A stretch of 64,000 nt of DNA, from the NCBI GenBank assembly GCA_030427595.1, contig JAUIBX010000001.1, forward strand, positions 18,217 to 82,216, read 5' to 3'. This document shows, piece by piece, positions 53,659-63,516 of the stretch. Every line of letters begins with the position of its first letter. Position 1 is the first letter of the stretch. Both the position numbers and the translations under genes were made by a program. A model generated the notes under the pieces. It did not search any database. It was not told the DNA's origin and was given only the letters and a program-made list of their open reading frames with translations. Origin of the DNA: Bacteriovoracia bacterium (GTDB taxonomy: Bacteria > Bdellovibrionota > Bacteriovoracia > Bacteriovoracales > Bacteriovoracaceae).

Positions 53659-54525
53659 TTAATTCTCCATTTGCCTTTTGGCGGCAGCAACAAGGTTTTG
53701 CCCAAGGCTTACAATTGTCATTTTCCCTACTCCGCCAGGGACAGGTGTTAAAAGCGCACAGCTCTGTGAAACATCTTCTTCGTTAATATCTCCACAAAGT
53801 TTGCCGTTTTCATCGTGGTTGATACCAACATCAATAAGGACTTGATCTTTTTGGGGACTTAGAAAGCTCGAGTCAATGAATTTCGCCTTACCAATGGCGG
53901 CAACAATAATGTCTGCCTTTTGAGTTTCTTTTTTGAGGCCCTTAGTGCGCGAGTGACATAGGGTTACCGTGGCATTTGCATTGGTCATAAGTAGTGAAAG
54001 GGGTTTGCCAACAATCATGCTTCTGCCAATGACCACAACATTCTTACCATTAAGGTCAATATCCGCGTAATCAAGCATGCTCATGATACCTTTAGGTGTA
54101 CAAGGCAGAAGAGCCTTATCTCCCTTATCTCCTTTCATGAGTTGATAAAGGTTTTGCGCATGAAAGCCATCCACATCCTTTTGAGGTGGTACCAATTGGC
54201 CAACATCGATATGGTCGAGATGTTTAGGAAGAGGAAGCTGAACAAATAAGCCATGGACTTTGGCATCTTCCGAAAGCTCATTAATGATCTTAAGAAATTC
54301 ATCTTCTTTTACATCCTGGGGGAGCTTAATGATTTCACATTCAGCTCCAATATTTTCCATAAATTTTTTCTTATTTCTGGTGTAGATCACACTTGGTGGG
54401 TGTTCTCCGACAAGGATCACCTTTAGGTTTGGCGTGCAGCCCTTTTTCTTGAGGTTAGAACATTCTTCAGTAAGGTCATCAACGATTTGTTGAGAAATGG
54501 GGGCAGCTTTGAGGAGAGTTGCCAT
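53659..54525 (-). CDS. folD: Bifunctional methylenetetrahydrofolate dehydrogenase/cyclohydrolase
   Basis: VVVIGRSMIVGKPLSLLM and TPVPGGVGKMT. The ATG at 54525 (MATLLKAAPIS) has AAAGGA upstream. The track start is 54576. Confidence 0.92.
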   Translation of the reverse strand: MATLLKAAPISQQIVDDLTEECSNLKKKGCTPNLKVILVGEHPPSVIYTRNKKKFMENIGAECEIIKLPQDVKEDEFLKIINELSEDAKVHGLFVQLPLPKHLDHIDVGQLVPPQKDVDGFHAQNLYQLMKGDKGDKALLPCTPKGIMSMLDYADIDLNGKNVVVIGRSMIVGKPLSLLMTNANATVTLCHSRTKGLKKETQKADIIVAAIGKAKFIDSSFLSPQKDQVLIDVGINHDENGKLCGDINEEDVSQSCALLTPVPGGVGKMTIVSLGQNLVAAAKRQMEN

Positions 54526-54614
54526 CGATTGATCCTTTTCATATTTGATTTGCTGGCATAATAGTTTATTGAACACTGTTTATCTATAGTGGGGACCCAT
54601 CAAATGGAGGCATT

Positions 54615-54794
54615 ATGCTTTTTTACATCGGTTTTGGCCTGCAGCTAATCGGCTTTGCCAGTGTGGGACTGTGTCTCTTTTCTGGTCTTAATAAGGGCGA
54701 CTATGGTCAACTTGAGTTAATTCAACTTGTTGGCGGTGCGCTCCTTTTCTATGGGGGCCATTTCGTAAAAGTAAAAGGTGGCGGTGAGTCTTAG
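54615..54794 (+). CDS. Unannotated small membrane protein (59 aa, two predicted TM helices)
   Basis: ATG at 54615 preceded by GGAGG (54606-54610). It translates to MLFYIGFGLQLIGFASVGLCLFSGLNKGDYGQLELIQLVGGALLFYGGHFVKVKGGGES with stop TAG at 54792-54794. It falls below the 60-aa cut-off of the ORF track. Confidence 0.45.
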   Translation: MLFYIGFGLQLIGFASVGLCLFSGLNKGDYGQLELIQLVGGALLFYGGHFVKVKGGGES

Positions 54795-54844
54795 TAAGGA
54801 CCATTCGTTAGACGTTTGATGCTCCTTGTAGGTAAAATAATTTC

Positions 54845-55402
54845 ATGCTTTTTTTAGGAATAGACCCCGGGTCAAGGAAGGCTGGATATGGCCTTATTAA
54901 AAAAGAGGGACGTAAGTTTCATTACGTTGACTCGGGTTCTTTGCGCTATGACAAGGTGCCAAGTTTTTTGGATCGTCTAGGTTTAATTTATGAGTCCTGC
55001 GAAGAGATTATAAAGAAGTACGAGCCAGACGAAATTGCGATTGAATCCCTCATTTATGTGAAGTCAGTTCCTAGTTTAGCGAAGCTTGCTCAGGCAAGAG
55101 GGGCGATGGTTGCGGCGTTTATGAAGACTCATCAACAAAAAGTGTTTGAGTATTCGCCAAACCTCGTGAAGAGTACTGTTTCTGGTCATGGTCATGCCAA
55201 TAAGGAATCTATAGACAAGAGTCTGAAACTTGTTTTGGGACAGGACCTCGACTTTAAGTCTCATGACGAATCGGATGCGCTCGCGATAGCTTTATGCCAT
55301 GCCTTGATGAGGGGAGTGCCTGTGACTAAGAAAGGACATGCCAAGGCATTGAAAGGCGGAACCAGCTTAAAGCAAGCGTTTCGTCATTTGGAGAAATCAT
55401 GA
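54845..55402 (+). CDS. ruvC: Holliday junction resolvase RuvC
   Basis: MLFLGIDPGSRKAGYGLI and the C-terminal SHDESDALAIA. Confidence 0.93.
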   Translation: MLFLGIDPGSRKAGYGLIKKEGRKFHYVDSGSLRYDKVPSFLDRLGLIYESCEEIIKKYEPDEIAIESLIYVKSVPSLAKLAQARGAMVAAFMKTHQQKVFEYSPNLVKSTVSGHGHANKESIDKSLKLVLGQDLDFKSHDESDALAIALCHALMRGVPVTKKGHAKALKGGTSLKQAFRHLEKS

Positions 55403-56031
55403 TTGGATACCTAAACGGTGAAGTTATTTTTAGTGATGGAAAAGAAGTCATCATCAAAACAGCTGATGGAGTTGGCCATCAGGTTTATCTGCAAAAGCTT
55501 TTGGTTGAAGGAAGTCAGGCAGATGTCTTTGTTTCTCATGTCTTTAAAGATCCAGGTCAGGAATTATTTGGCTTTGAAACATTAAGAGAGAAGAAACTTT
55601 TTGAACTTCTTACTTCTGTTAAAGGTGTGGGGCCAAAATCTGCTTATAATTTATTAACAGCTCTAGGTGCTGAAACGGTCATTCAAAGTGTCCAGCTGGA
55701 AAATAAAAAATCTCTTAGTAAGGCCCCCGGCATCGGCGCAAAAGCGGCGGCCCAAATTTGTTTGGACCTCTCTAATAAAATTCAAAACGTTCTCATGTAT
55801 TCTGCTCGCGGTCTGAACAATGAATTTCATGACGGGGCTAGCCCTGTCCAGCCAGAACTGGTTGCTTCAAATGCTGGTTACAATGCTCCTATTCTTGAAG
55901 AAGCGCTCATGGCGTGCAAGGAGTTGGGTTTTAAGGAAGACTCGATTTTGCCCATGGCCCAAAAGATTCTTTCCGAGAACGATATTCAAAGACCAGAGCA
56001 ACTTGTTCATCTCGTTCTTAAAGAGGTTTAA
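55399..56031 (+). CDS. ruvA: Holliday junction branch migration protein RuvA
   Basis: MIGYLNGEV and the HhH motifs VKGVGPKSAYNLL and APGIGAKAA. Confidence 0.9.
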   Translation: MIGYLNGEVIFSDGKEVIIKTADGVGHQVYLQKLLVEGSQADVFVSHVFKDPGQELFGFETLREKKLFELLTSVKGVGPKSAYNLLTALGAETVIQSVQLENKKSLSKAPGIGAKAAAQICLDLSNKIQNVLMYSARGLNNEFHDGASPVQPELVASNAGYNAPILEEALMACKELGFKEDSILPMAQKILSENDIQRPEQLVHLVLKEV

Positions 56032-57030
56032 ATGGAAGTGGATCGTTTTCTTTCTTCAGGATCAAGTGGCAACGAAACTCAATACGAGAACCGTCTAAGA
56101 CCTCAAGGCTTTAGTGAATATATTGGTCAAAAGAAAGTCGTCGAAAATATTTTAGTTATGGTTGAGTCTGCTAATATTCGTAAGCAGGCCATGGACCACT
56201 GTCTGCTTTCTGGTCCTCCAGGCCTTGGTAAAACCTCTCTTGCCATGATTATTGCCCAAAGCCTAGGAAGTGAGCTTCATCTTATTTCTGGTCCTGCTAT
56301 TGAAAAGAAAGGTGACCTCGCCGCTATTCTGACCAATATTCAGCCACGCGATGTTCTCTTTATTGATGAAATCCATCGCATGCATATTTCTGTTGAAGAG
56401 ATTCTTTATTCCGCTATGGAAGACTTTCGGCTTGATATTGTTCTTGGTCAGGGGCCAAGTGCGAGAACCATGCAGATTGATGTCGCTCCTTTTACTCTTA
56501 TCGGAGCAACGACCAAGTCAGGTCTTCTTAGTAATCCACTAAGAACTCGTTTTATGGGCAACCTTCACTTTGATTATTATAAGACTGAAGAGTTGGCCCA
56601 GATCGTAGAGAATAATGCAGAAAAACTTGAGATTGATATTGATCCCGAAGCTAGAACTCATATAGCGAGATGTTCACGCGGTACTCCTCGGATTGCGAAT
56701 AGAGTTTTAAGAAGAGTTCGTGACTTCGCTCTTGTCGATGGAGCCGATCGGATTTGTGAGAAGCAAGTTCTTAAGTCTCTTGATCTAATGGAAATTGATG
56801 AATGTGGATTAGATCGTATGGATCGTAAGATTCTTCAGGTGATGGAAGAGTATTATGGCGGTGGTCCGGTTGGCATTGAAGCCCTTTGTGCAACACTAGG
56901 TGAAGAGCGCTCAACCATTGAAGATGTCTTTGAGCCTTTCCTTTTAAAAGAAGGCTTTATTACAAGAACTCCTCGGGGAAGAGAGCTTAGTCAAAAAGGT
57001 CTAGACCACCTCCAATCTCAGCAACTCTAA
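56032..57030 (+). CDS. ruvB: Holliday junction DNA helicase RuvB
   Basis: Walker A LSGPPGLGKTSLA, Walker B LFIDEIHR, and the arginine finger region GTPRIANR. Confidence 0.95.
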   Translation: MEVDRFLSSGSSGNETQYENRLRPQGFSEYIGQKKVVENILVMVESANIRKQAMDHCLLSGPPGLGKTSLAMIIAQSLGSELHLISGPAIEKKGDLAAILTNIQPRDVLFIDEIHRMHISVEEILYSAMEDFRLDIVLGQGPSARTMQIDVAPFTLIGATTKSGLLSNPLRTRFMGNLHFDYYKTEELAQIVENNAEKLEIDIDPEARTHIARCSRGTPRIANRVLRRVRDFALVDGADRICEKQVLKSLDLMEIDECGLDRMDRKILQVMEEYYGGGPVGIEALCATLGEERSTIEDVFEPFLLKEGFITRTPRGRELSQKGLDHLQSQQL

Positions 57031-57558
57031 TTATTTAAACTTAGGGATAATGGCCATGGTGAGGCGGCTTGAGCAGATAAGTTTATCTTCCTCATTAGTA
57101 ATTTCTATATCCCAAACTTGAGACTTTTTACCGAGGTGAAGAATTTTGGCCTTGCCCTTAACAGTAGCAACTTCTGGAGCTGGTCTTAAATGATTGGCGA
57201 TAATAGATTGGCCGACAGCAATGTATTTGGTGGGATCGATAACCATATTGGCCGCAATGGAGCCAAGGCTCTCAGCTAATACACATGAAGCTCCACCATG
57301 AAGGATTCGTGCTGGCTGAACAGTTCTCTTATCAACTGGCATTGTTCCTTCTAGAAAGTCGGGTCCAATCTCTGTAACGATAATTTCCACATGCTCTACG
57401 AGCGTGTCTTTACCTCTGGCATTGATTTCTTTAAGTGAATAATCGTCTTTAAACCAGATTGTCGTGTTATCAGTATTTCCCACGAGACCTCCCATAAGGC
57501 TTGGTTTTTCAGGGGTTTGTAGCGCTTCATTGTGACAGAAGACGGGAATTTTTGGCAA
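57031..57558 (-). CDS. PaaI-family hotdog-fold thioesterase
   Basis: MPVDKRTVQPARILHGGASCVLAESLGS. The true start may be the internal Met at codon 22. Confidence 0.8.
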   Translation of the reverse strand: MPKIPVFCHNEALQTPEKPSLMGGLVGNTDNTTIWFKDDYSLKEINARGKDTLVEHVEIIVTEIGPDFLEGTMPVDKRTVQPARILHGGASCVLAESLGSIAANMVIDPTKYIAVGQSIIANHLRPAPEVATVKGKAKILHLGKKSQVWDIEITNEEDKLICSSRLTMAIIPKFK

Positions 57559-57813
57559 TTTTCGTTTTTGGCCAATTCTTTATTTTCGTTAAACAAGCCT
57601 GAAGTCATTGAAATTGATAGATTTTACAACTTTGTCATTTCCGCAAGGCCAAAAGTCTTAAAATTTGCTAAGTAAAGCCTATACGATTTTGGGAGGATTA
57701 TTTGCCTACTTGGATTCTCGAGTGAATCCATAGTCTATAATCTTAATGTGTGTTGCCAAAATTGAGTAAAACTTTATACTATGATTAACTCATTGAAATG
57801 ATTAAGGCGTAGA

Positions 57814-58734
57814 ATGTTATACCAAAGAACGATTGCTAAAAAAGTTGAAGTCACAGGAATCGGAATCCATTCCGGTAAGAAAGTGACTCTCACGCTTCAC
57901 CCAGCTGAAGCGGACTTTGGTATTCAGTTCAGAAGAACAGACATTCCAGGAGCTGAAAATCTCAAGGCAACGGCTACAACTGTCGGTGCTACTGAAAACA
58001 ATACCACCATTGGTGAAGGAAGAAATGCGGTTCACACTGTTGAGCACCTTCTCTCTGTTTTCTACGGCCTTGGCATTAATAATGTTTACTGCGAAATTGA
58101 TGGACCAGAAGTTCCCATCATGGACGGCTCAGGTGCTTCCTTTGTTTTCCTTCTTAAGGAAACCGGAATCTCTACTCTCAATAAATCAAAAAAGTTTTTG
58201 GTTGTTTTAGAGCCAGTAAAAGTTGAAGTCGGTGATAAGTGGGCGATGATTGAACCATCCTCAAAGCTTGTTATCGACTCTACCATTGTTTTTACTCATC
58301 CTATTATCAAAACTCAGAGAAAGACTTTTGAATTCTCTTGTGAAAATTATATCAATGCCATCTCTCGTGCTCGTACTTTTGGTATGTTACGCGATGTGGA
58401 TATGCTTAAGCGTAAGGGACTCGCCAAAGGTGGTTCTCTTGATAATGCAATCGTTCTAGATGACTTCAAAGTGATCAATAGCGATGGTCTGCGCTTTGGT
58501 GATGAGTTTATCCGTCACAAAATTCTCGATACAATCGGTGATATCAGCCTTCTCGGTTACGAAATTGCCGGAAAGATCACCACTTATAAGTCAGGTCACA
58601 ATCTTCATAACCTTCTTTGCCGCAAGCTTCTTGAAACTCCTAAGGCTTTTCAAGTTGTCTCCGCAAGCTCTCTTCAAAAAGAGGCCATTGAAGCCTTCGA
58701 GCTCCCAAGAGCTCTCGCTCCTGCGTTTCACTAA
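57814..58734 (+). CDS. lpxC: UDP-3-O-acyl-N-acetylglucosamine deacetylase
   Basis: MLYQRTIAKKVEVTGIGIHSGKKV, HTVEHLLSVFYGLGI and the C-terminal HKSGH-like KSGHNLH. Confidence 0.95.
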   Translation: MLYQRTIAKKVEVTGIGIHSGKKVTLTLHPAEADFGIQFRRTDIPGAENLKATATTVGATENNTTIGEGRNAVHTVEHLLSVFYGLGINNVYCEIDGPEVPIMDGSGASFVFLLKETGISTLNKSKKFLVVLEPVKVEVGDKWAMIEPSSKLVIDSTIVFTHPIIKTQRKTFEFSCENYINAISRARTFGMLRDVDMLKRKGLAKGGSLDNAIVLDDFKVINSDGLRFGDEFIRHKILDTIGDISLLGYEIAGKITTYKSGHNLHNLLCRKLLETPKAFQVVSASSLQKEAIEAFELPRALAPAFH

Positions 58735-58912
58735 GCTTTATTAATAATTTTCCACAATGTGGAAAATTAGATAATAAAGATTAGGGATCCCCCAAAGGAC
58801 TAAAATTATAAAGACACGACCGAAGGGCGCGCAGCGCACACAAGGTCGGGTTCCTATCCGACGGGGATAACGTGCTACTCAAAAAAAGAACACCCCTAGA
58901 GGACGATTACAT

Positions 58913-60637
58913 ATGAAACTCTCAAAATCCGTTTGGCAAACCTACAAAGAAGTCCCTGCTGAAGCCCAGATTCCCAGCCATCAGTTGATGATGCGTGCAG
59001 GGCTTATCCATAAGCTTGGCTCAGGTCTTTACACTTATATGCCCTTTGCTTACCGCACTGTTCGCAAAATTGAGCAGGTGGTCCGTGAGGAAATGGATAA
59101 AGTTGGCGGGCAAGAGATTCTCATGAATGTCGTGACTCCAGGAGAGTTGTGGCAGGAATCTGGTCGTTGGGAGAAAATGGGCTCCCTGATGCTTAAGTTC
59201 CTCGATAAAGCTGACCGTGATCTCTGTATCAGCCCCACAAATGAAGAGGCCGTGGCAGATGTTTTTCGCTCAAGCGTTAAATCATACAAGCAATTACCGG
59301 TTAACCTGTACCAAATAAATACTAAATTTCGCGATGAAATTAGACCACGTTTCGGTCTTATGCGTGCGCGTGAATTCACCATGAAAGACGCCTACACTTT
59401 TCACATGGATTATGAGTGCTTAGACCGTGAGTACGAAAAAATTTATCAGGCCTATGAGAATATTTTTACAAGACTAGGTCTGAAGTTCTCTGTTGTTGAA
59501 GCTGATGCTGGGGCAATGGGAAGTAAAGAGTCAAAAACTCACGAGTTTCAGGTAACGGCAGAAACAGGTGAAGATATTATTATTTTTAGCGATGAAGCTG
59601 GCTACGCTGCAAACGTAGAAAAGGCAGACACCAAACGGGTTAATCTTGAGTTTGATAAAATTGGTGGAGAGTTAAAAGATGTCGATACGCCCAATATGGG
59701 GACAATCGAAGATGTTTGTAACTTTCTTAAAAAGCCAGAACATCATTCTATAAAGTCTCTTGTTTATAGCGCCATAACTGGGGAGGATGAGGAGATCGTT
59801 CTCATTCAACTTCTTGGTGATGATGAACTGAATGAATTGAAGCTTAAGAACTTTTTGGGTTGTGAAGAAGTCGTGCCTACTCCAGAAAATAAATTAGCGA
59901 AGCTTGGTTTACCAAAAGGCTTTATTGGTGCAGTTGATTTACCTCAACCCATGCGGGTTATTTTTGATCAGGCCATTGATCTTGATGCATTCTATGTAAC
60001 AGGTGGAATGAAGCCAGACCTTCATAAAGAAAACTTCTGTCCCAACAAACACGTAAAAGAAAAAGACGTTGTTGATTTAAGGCTCGCCAGAAAAGGGGAT
60101 CTTACTCCTGATGGTAAGCACGTGGTTGATGAGAAGAAGGGAATTGAAGTAGGCCATATTTTTCAATTGGGTGACAAATACACCAAAGCGATGGATGTTA
60201 AGATCCTCGATCAAAACGGTAAGAGTATGCACCCTCTCATGGGCTGTTACGGGATTGGTGTCACTCGTGTGATGGCAGCAGCTATTGAACAAAATCACGA
60301 TGAAAACGGTATTATTTGGCCTAAGGAAATGGCGCCCTATGACCTTTACTTTGCTCTTATTGGCAAAAGTGATGAAATTAAAGAAACTGCTGATGGTATT
60401 TATGAGGAATTGAAAGCTGCAGGCTTTGATGTTCTCTTTGATGACCGCAAGGCCGGTCCAGGCTTTAAATTTAAGGACTCAGACCTGCTCGGTTTACCTA
60501 TCAGAGTCGTCCTTGGTGAAAGAGATTTTAAAGAGAAGGGTGAGTTGGAGATTGTTATTCGTCGAACAAATGAAAAACTCTTTGTGAAAAAAGAAGAATT
60601 GATCTCCAAGCTTAAAGAACTTTACGCTCAATACTAG
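58913..60637 (+). CDS. proS: Prolyl-tRNA synthetase (bacterial type with INS editing domain)
   Basis: 574 aa. The class II motif region is FRDEIRPRFGLMRAREF, and GCYGIGVTR is also present. Confidence 0.95.
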   Translation: MKLSKSVWQTYKEVPAEAQIPSHQLMMRAGLIHKLGSGLYTYMPFAYRTVRKIEQVVREEMDKVGGQEILMNVVTPGELWQESGRWEKMGSLMLKFLDKADRDLCISPTNEEAVADVFRSSVKSYKQLPVNLYQINTKFRDEIRPRFGLMRAREFTMKDAYTFHMDYECLDREYEKIYQAYENIFTRLGLKFSVVEADAGAMGSKESKTHEFQVTAETGEDIIIFSDEAGYAANVEKADTKRVNLEFDKIGGELKDVDTPNMGTIEDVCNFLKKPEHHSIKSLVYSAITGEDEEIVLIQLLGDDELNELKLKNFLGCEEVVPTPENKLAKLGLPKGFIGAVDLPQPMRVIFDQAIDLDAFYVTGGMKPDLHKENFCPNKHVKEKDVVDLRLARKGDLTPDGKHVVDEKKGIEVGHIFQLGDKYTKAMDVKILDQNGKSMHPLMGCYGIGVTRVMAAAIEQNHDENGIIWPKEMAPYDLYFALIGKSDEIKETADGIYEELKAAGFDVLFDDRKAGPGFKFKDSDLLGLPIRVVLGERDFKEKGELEIVIRRTNEKLFVKKEELISKLKELYAQY

Positions 60638-60645
60638 GAACTCTT

Positions 60646-61398
60646 GTGACTGATCTTATTTTTGGAATGCACTCCATTGCTGAAGCGATTAAAAATGATA
60701 ACCGCCAGGAACTTGAACTTTTTGCGACGGAAGAATCACTAAAGGATTTGAGAAAGTTACACTTTAAAGGCCAAAATCTGCCAGAGAAGTGCAACGTAAG
60801 AAAGTTTTCACTTCACAAGCTAAAAGAGGAAGCTAAGGGTGAGCTTCGAAAGCGTGACCTTAAGGAGCAGAGGGTACCCTCAAATATTTTTTTAACGGCA
60901 GCACCTCTTGAGTTTTGGGGGGTCTCCGAACTCTACAAGAGAGTTGAACAAGATGCGGCCATAAAGCTTTTGATGCTTGATCAGGTCACAGACGTTCATA
61001 ACCTTGGTGCTATTTTGAGAACCGCGGCCTTCTATAATCTTGATGCTGTTATCTACGGAAAGAAGGGAGAGGAAAAACGCTCTCCCGGCTTTTTTCGAGT
61101 AGCTTCAGGTGCAGCGGAATATATCCCTTTAATTCAAGCAACCAACCTCAGCAAAGTTGCAAAGTCTCTTCAGGAAAAGGGTGTAAGGTGCCTGGGTCTT
61201 GCGGAAGAAAGTGAAAAGACAGAGACACAAACTGATGATGGGAAAATTTGTTTAGTGATGGGAGCAGAGGAAACGGGTATTAGTCATGCTCTTCGTCGCT
61301 CCCTAACTGAATTTGTAAGCCTTCCGGCCAAGGGGCCGATTAGAAGTCTCAACGTATCAGTTGCTGCAGCTTTGGCGTTAGAAAAATTTCTTGATTAG
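60646..61398 (+). CDS. rlmB: SpoU/TrmH-family RNA 2'-O-methyltransferase (RlmB-like)
   Basis: GTG start. LDQVTDVHNLGAILRTA, LVMGAEETGIS and SLNVSVAAALAL. Confidence 0.8.
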   Translation: MTDLIFGMHSIAEAIKNDNRQELELFATEESLKDLRKLHFKGQNLPEKCNVRKFSLHKLKEEAKGELRKRDLKEQRVPSNIFLTAAPLEFWGVSELYKRVEQDAAIKLLMLDQVTDVHNLGAILRTAAFYNLDAVIYGKKGEEKRSPGFFRVASGAAEYIPLIQATNLSKVAKSLQEKGVRCLGLAEESEKTETQTDDGKICLVMGAEETGISHALRRSLTEFVSLPAKGPIRSLNVSVAAALALEKFLD

Positions 61399-61459
61399 CT
61401 TTAAAAAGTCTTGATTTTAGTAGCCCATTCGTTTAAAAACAGTATTCACAAAAATGCGT

Positions 61460-61535
61460 GCTGGTGTAGCTCAGTTGGTAGAGCATCGGTTTTGTAAACC
61501 GGTGGTCGTAGGTTCAAGTCCTATCACCAGCTCCA
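61460..61535 (+). tRNA. tRNA-Thr (TGT)
   Basis: Cloverleaf fold. The acceptor pairs GCTGGTG with CACCAGC, the anticodon loop is TTTGTAA, the T-loop is GGTTCAAGTCC, and CCA is encoded. Confidence 0.93.
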
Positions 61536-61544
61536 TTTTGTTGA

Positions 61545-61630
61545 GGCGAGGTTGCCGAGTGGCCAAAGGCAGCAGACTGTAAATCTGCCGGGTTTTCCCT
61601 TCGATGGTTCGAATCCATCTCTCGCCACCA
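61545..61630 (+). tRNA. tRNA-Tyr (GTA), long variable arm
   Basis: The acceptor pairs GGCGAGG with TCTCGCC, the anticodon loop is CTGTAAA, and the T-loop is GGTTCGAATCC. It has a long variable arm and encodes CCA. Confidence 0.93.
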
Positions 61631-61637
61631 CCACAAT

Positions 61638-61713
61638 GCGGGTGTAACTCAGTTGGTAGAGTGCCAGCCTTCCAAGCTGGATGTCGCGCGTTCGAATCGC
61701 GTCGCCCGCTCCA
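61638..61713 (+). tRNA. tRNA-Gly (TCC)
   Basis: The acceptor pairs GCGGGTG with CGCCCGC, the anticodon loop is CTTCCAA, the T-loop is CGTTCGAATCG, and CCA is encoded. Confidence 0.93.
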
Positions 61714-61724
61714 TTAGAAATAAC

Positions 61725-61756
61725 ACCCGGCTTAGCGGCCGGGTTTTTTGTTTTTA
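61725..61756 (+). terminator. Rho-independent terminator-like hairpin inside the tRNA-tuf cluster
   Basis: Stem ACCCGGC (61725-61731) pairs with GCCGGGT (61738-61744), followed by TTTTTGTTTTT. Confidence 0.65.
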
Positions 61757-61846
61757 ATGCGAGGTTGCATAGAACCTGAGTAATTATAGACACTTTTAAG
61801 TGGACATAGGGTGGCAATTTTTTTAAATAAGGAAAAAATTTTGTTC

Positions 61847-61921
61847 GCTCGCGTAGCTCAGGGGTAGAGCGTTCCCTTGGTAAGGGAGAGGCCGCGGGTT
61901 CAATTCCCGCCGCGAGCTCCA
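61847..61921 (+). tRNA. tRNA-Thr (GGT)
   Basis: The acceptor pairs GCTCGCG with CGCGAGC, the anticodon loop is TTGGTAA, the T-loop is GGTTCAATTCC, and CCA is encoded. Confidence 0.93.
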
Positions 61922-62053
61922 GCAAGTTTATAGGCAAAATGTCTTTAAACTTGCCTAGAACGAAGAAATAGATAATACTTTGGCTTTTAAAAGCTTAGAT
62001 ATAGACAATATTACCAATATAAACTTGGTTTTTAATTTTTAAGGAGTCGACTA

Positions 62054-63244
62054 ATGGCTAAGGAAAAATTTGACAGAAGTAAACCTCACGTAAACATCGG
62101 TACTATTGGTCACGTTGACCATGGTAAGACGACGCTTACAGCTGCTATTACTATGACAATGGCGGCAGACCACGGTGGAGCTGCTAGAGATTACGCAGAA
62201 ATCGATTCGGCTCCTGAAGAAAAAGCACGTGGTATTACTATTAACTCTGCACACGTTGAGTATGAAACAGCAACTCGTCACTACGCTCACGTAGACTGTC
62301 CAGGTCACGCTGACTACGTAAAGAACATGATTACTGGTGCTGCTCAAATGGACGGTGCAATTCTTGTTTGTTCTGCTGCTGACGGCCCAATGCCTCAGAC
62401 TCGTGAGCACATCCTTCTTGCTCGTCAGGTTGGTGTTCCTGCGATCGTAGTTTTCATGAACAAAGTAGACCAAGTAGATGACGAAGAACTACTTGAGCTA
62501 GTTGAAATGGAAATTAGAGAGCTTCTTTCTTCGTACGATTTCCCAGGTGACGATATTCCTATCGTAGCTGGTTCTGCTCTTGCAGCTGTTGAAGACAGAG
62601 ATGAAGCTATCGGTAGAGCTAAGATCCGTGAGCTTATGGATCAAGTTGACTCATACATTCCTGAGCCTGCTCGTGACATAGATAAGACATTCCTAATGCC
62701 AGTTGAGGACGTTTTCTCAATTTCTGGTCGTGGTACTGTTGTTACTGGTCGTATTGAGCGTGGTATCGTTAACGTTAACGAAGAAGTTGAAATCGTTGGT
62801 ATTCGTGACACCGTTAAAACTACTGTTACTGGTGTTGAGATGTTCCGTAAGCTTCTTGATCAAGGTCAAGCTGGTGACAACGTTGGTCTTCTCCTTCGTG
62901 GTACAAAGCGTGAAGATGTTGAGCGTGGTCAGGTTCTTTGTAAGCCTGGTTCAGTTACTCCTCACAAGCACTTCAAAGGTGAAGTTTATATCCTTTCTAA
63001 GGACGAAGGTGGACGTCACACTCCAATCTTCAAAGGTTACCGTCCTCAGTTCTACTTCAGAACTACAGACGTGACTGGATCTATTAAGCTTCCAGATGGT
63101 GTAGAAATGGTTATGCCTGGTGATAACACTTCTTTCGAAGTTGAGCTCATCACTCCAATCGCAATGGAAAAAGGTCTTAAGTTCGCAATTCGCGAAGGTG
63201 GCCGTACCATCGGTGCTGGTACTGTTTCAGACATCATTTCTTAA
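62054..63244 (+). CDS. tuf: Translation elongation factor Tu
   Basis: 396 aa. [18 protein letters not shown] and NKVD motifs. SD AAGGAG. Confidence 0.98.
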   Translation: MAKEKFDRSKPHVNIGTIGHVDHGKTTLTAAITMTMAADHGGAARDYAEIDSAPEEKARGITINSAHVEYETATRHYAHVDCPGHADYVKNMITGAAQMDGAILVCSAADGPMPQTREHILLARQVGVPAIVVFMNKVDQVDDEELLELVEMEIRELLSSYDFPGDDIPIVAGSALAAVEDRDEAIGRAKIRELMDQVDSYIPEPARDIDKTFLMPVEDVFSISGRGTVVTGRIERGIVNVNEEVEIVGIRDTVKTTVTGVEMFRKLLDQGQAGDNVGLLLRGTKREDVERGQVLCKPGSVTPHKHFKGEVYILSKDEGGRHTPIFKGYRPQFYFRTTDVTGSIKLPDGVEMVMPGDNTSFEVELITPIAMEKGLKFAIREGGRTIGAGTVSDIIS

Positions 63245-63261
63245 TTTATAGAATGATAGTG

Positions 63262-63296
63262 AAGGGGCTAGCTTTATGTTAGCCCCTTTTTTTTTG
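63262..63296 (+). terminator. Rho-independent terminator after tuf
   Basis: Stem GGGGCTA (63264-63270) pairs with TAGCCCC (63280-63286), followed by a T9 run. Confidence 0.85.
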
Positions 63297-63440
63297 CCTG
63301 TTTCAAAACTCGTAGAGTTTTGGAACTGAGCAGCTTCAGCTTAAAAAGCTGAAGCTAATTGAGCGAGCCCGAGGGGACAAAGGAGCGAAGCTTCTTCCGG
63401 ACCCGAGGAATTGTGAGCGTTCATATAGCACTTTTTCTTT

Positions 63441-63516
63441 GGGTGTATAGCTCCAACGGTAGAGCGGCTGATTCCAAATCAGTAGGTTGGGGGTTCGAAT
63501 CCCTCTGCACCCGCCA
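63441..63516 (+). tRNA. tRNA-Trp (CCA)
   Basis: The acceptor pairs GGGTGTA with TGCACCC, the anticodon loop is TTCCAAA, the T-loop is GGTTCGAATCC, and CCA is encoded. Confidence 0.93.

Noticed and set aside
54526-54614. Glycine riboswitch upstream of the folD-gcvT-gcvH operon
   Set aside because: The minus-strand leader lacks the GGAGAG...CACCGAAGGGGCAA-type cores. It is short and AT-rich.
58770-58912. T-box leader upstream of proS
   Set aside because: No T-box sequence (AAUUAGGGUGGUACCGCG-like) or specifier-loop architecture is visible, and T-boxes are not expected in this type of Gram-negative genome.
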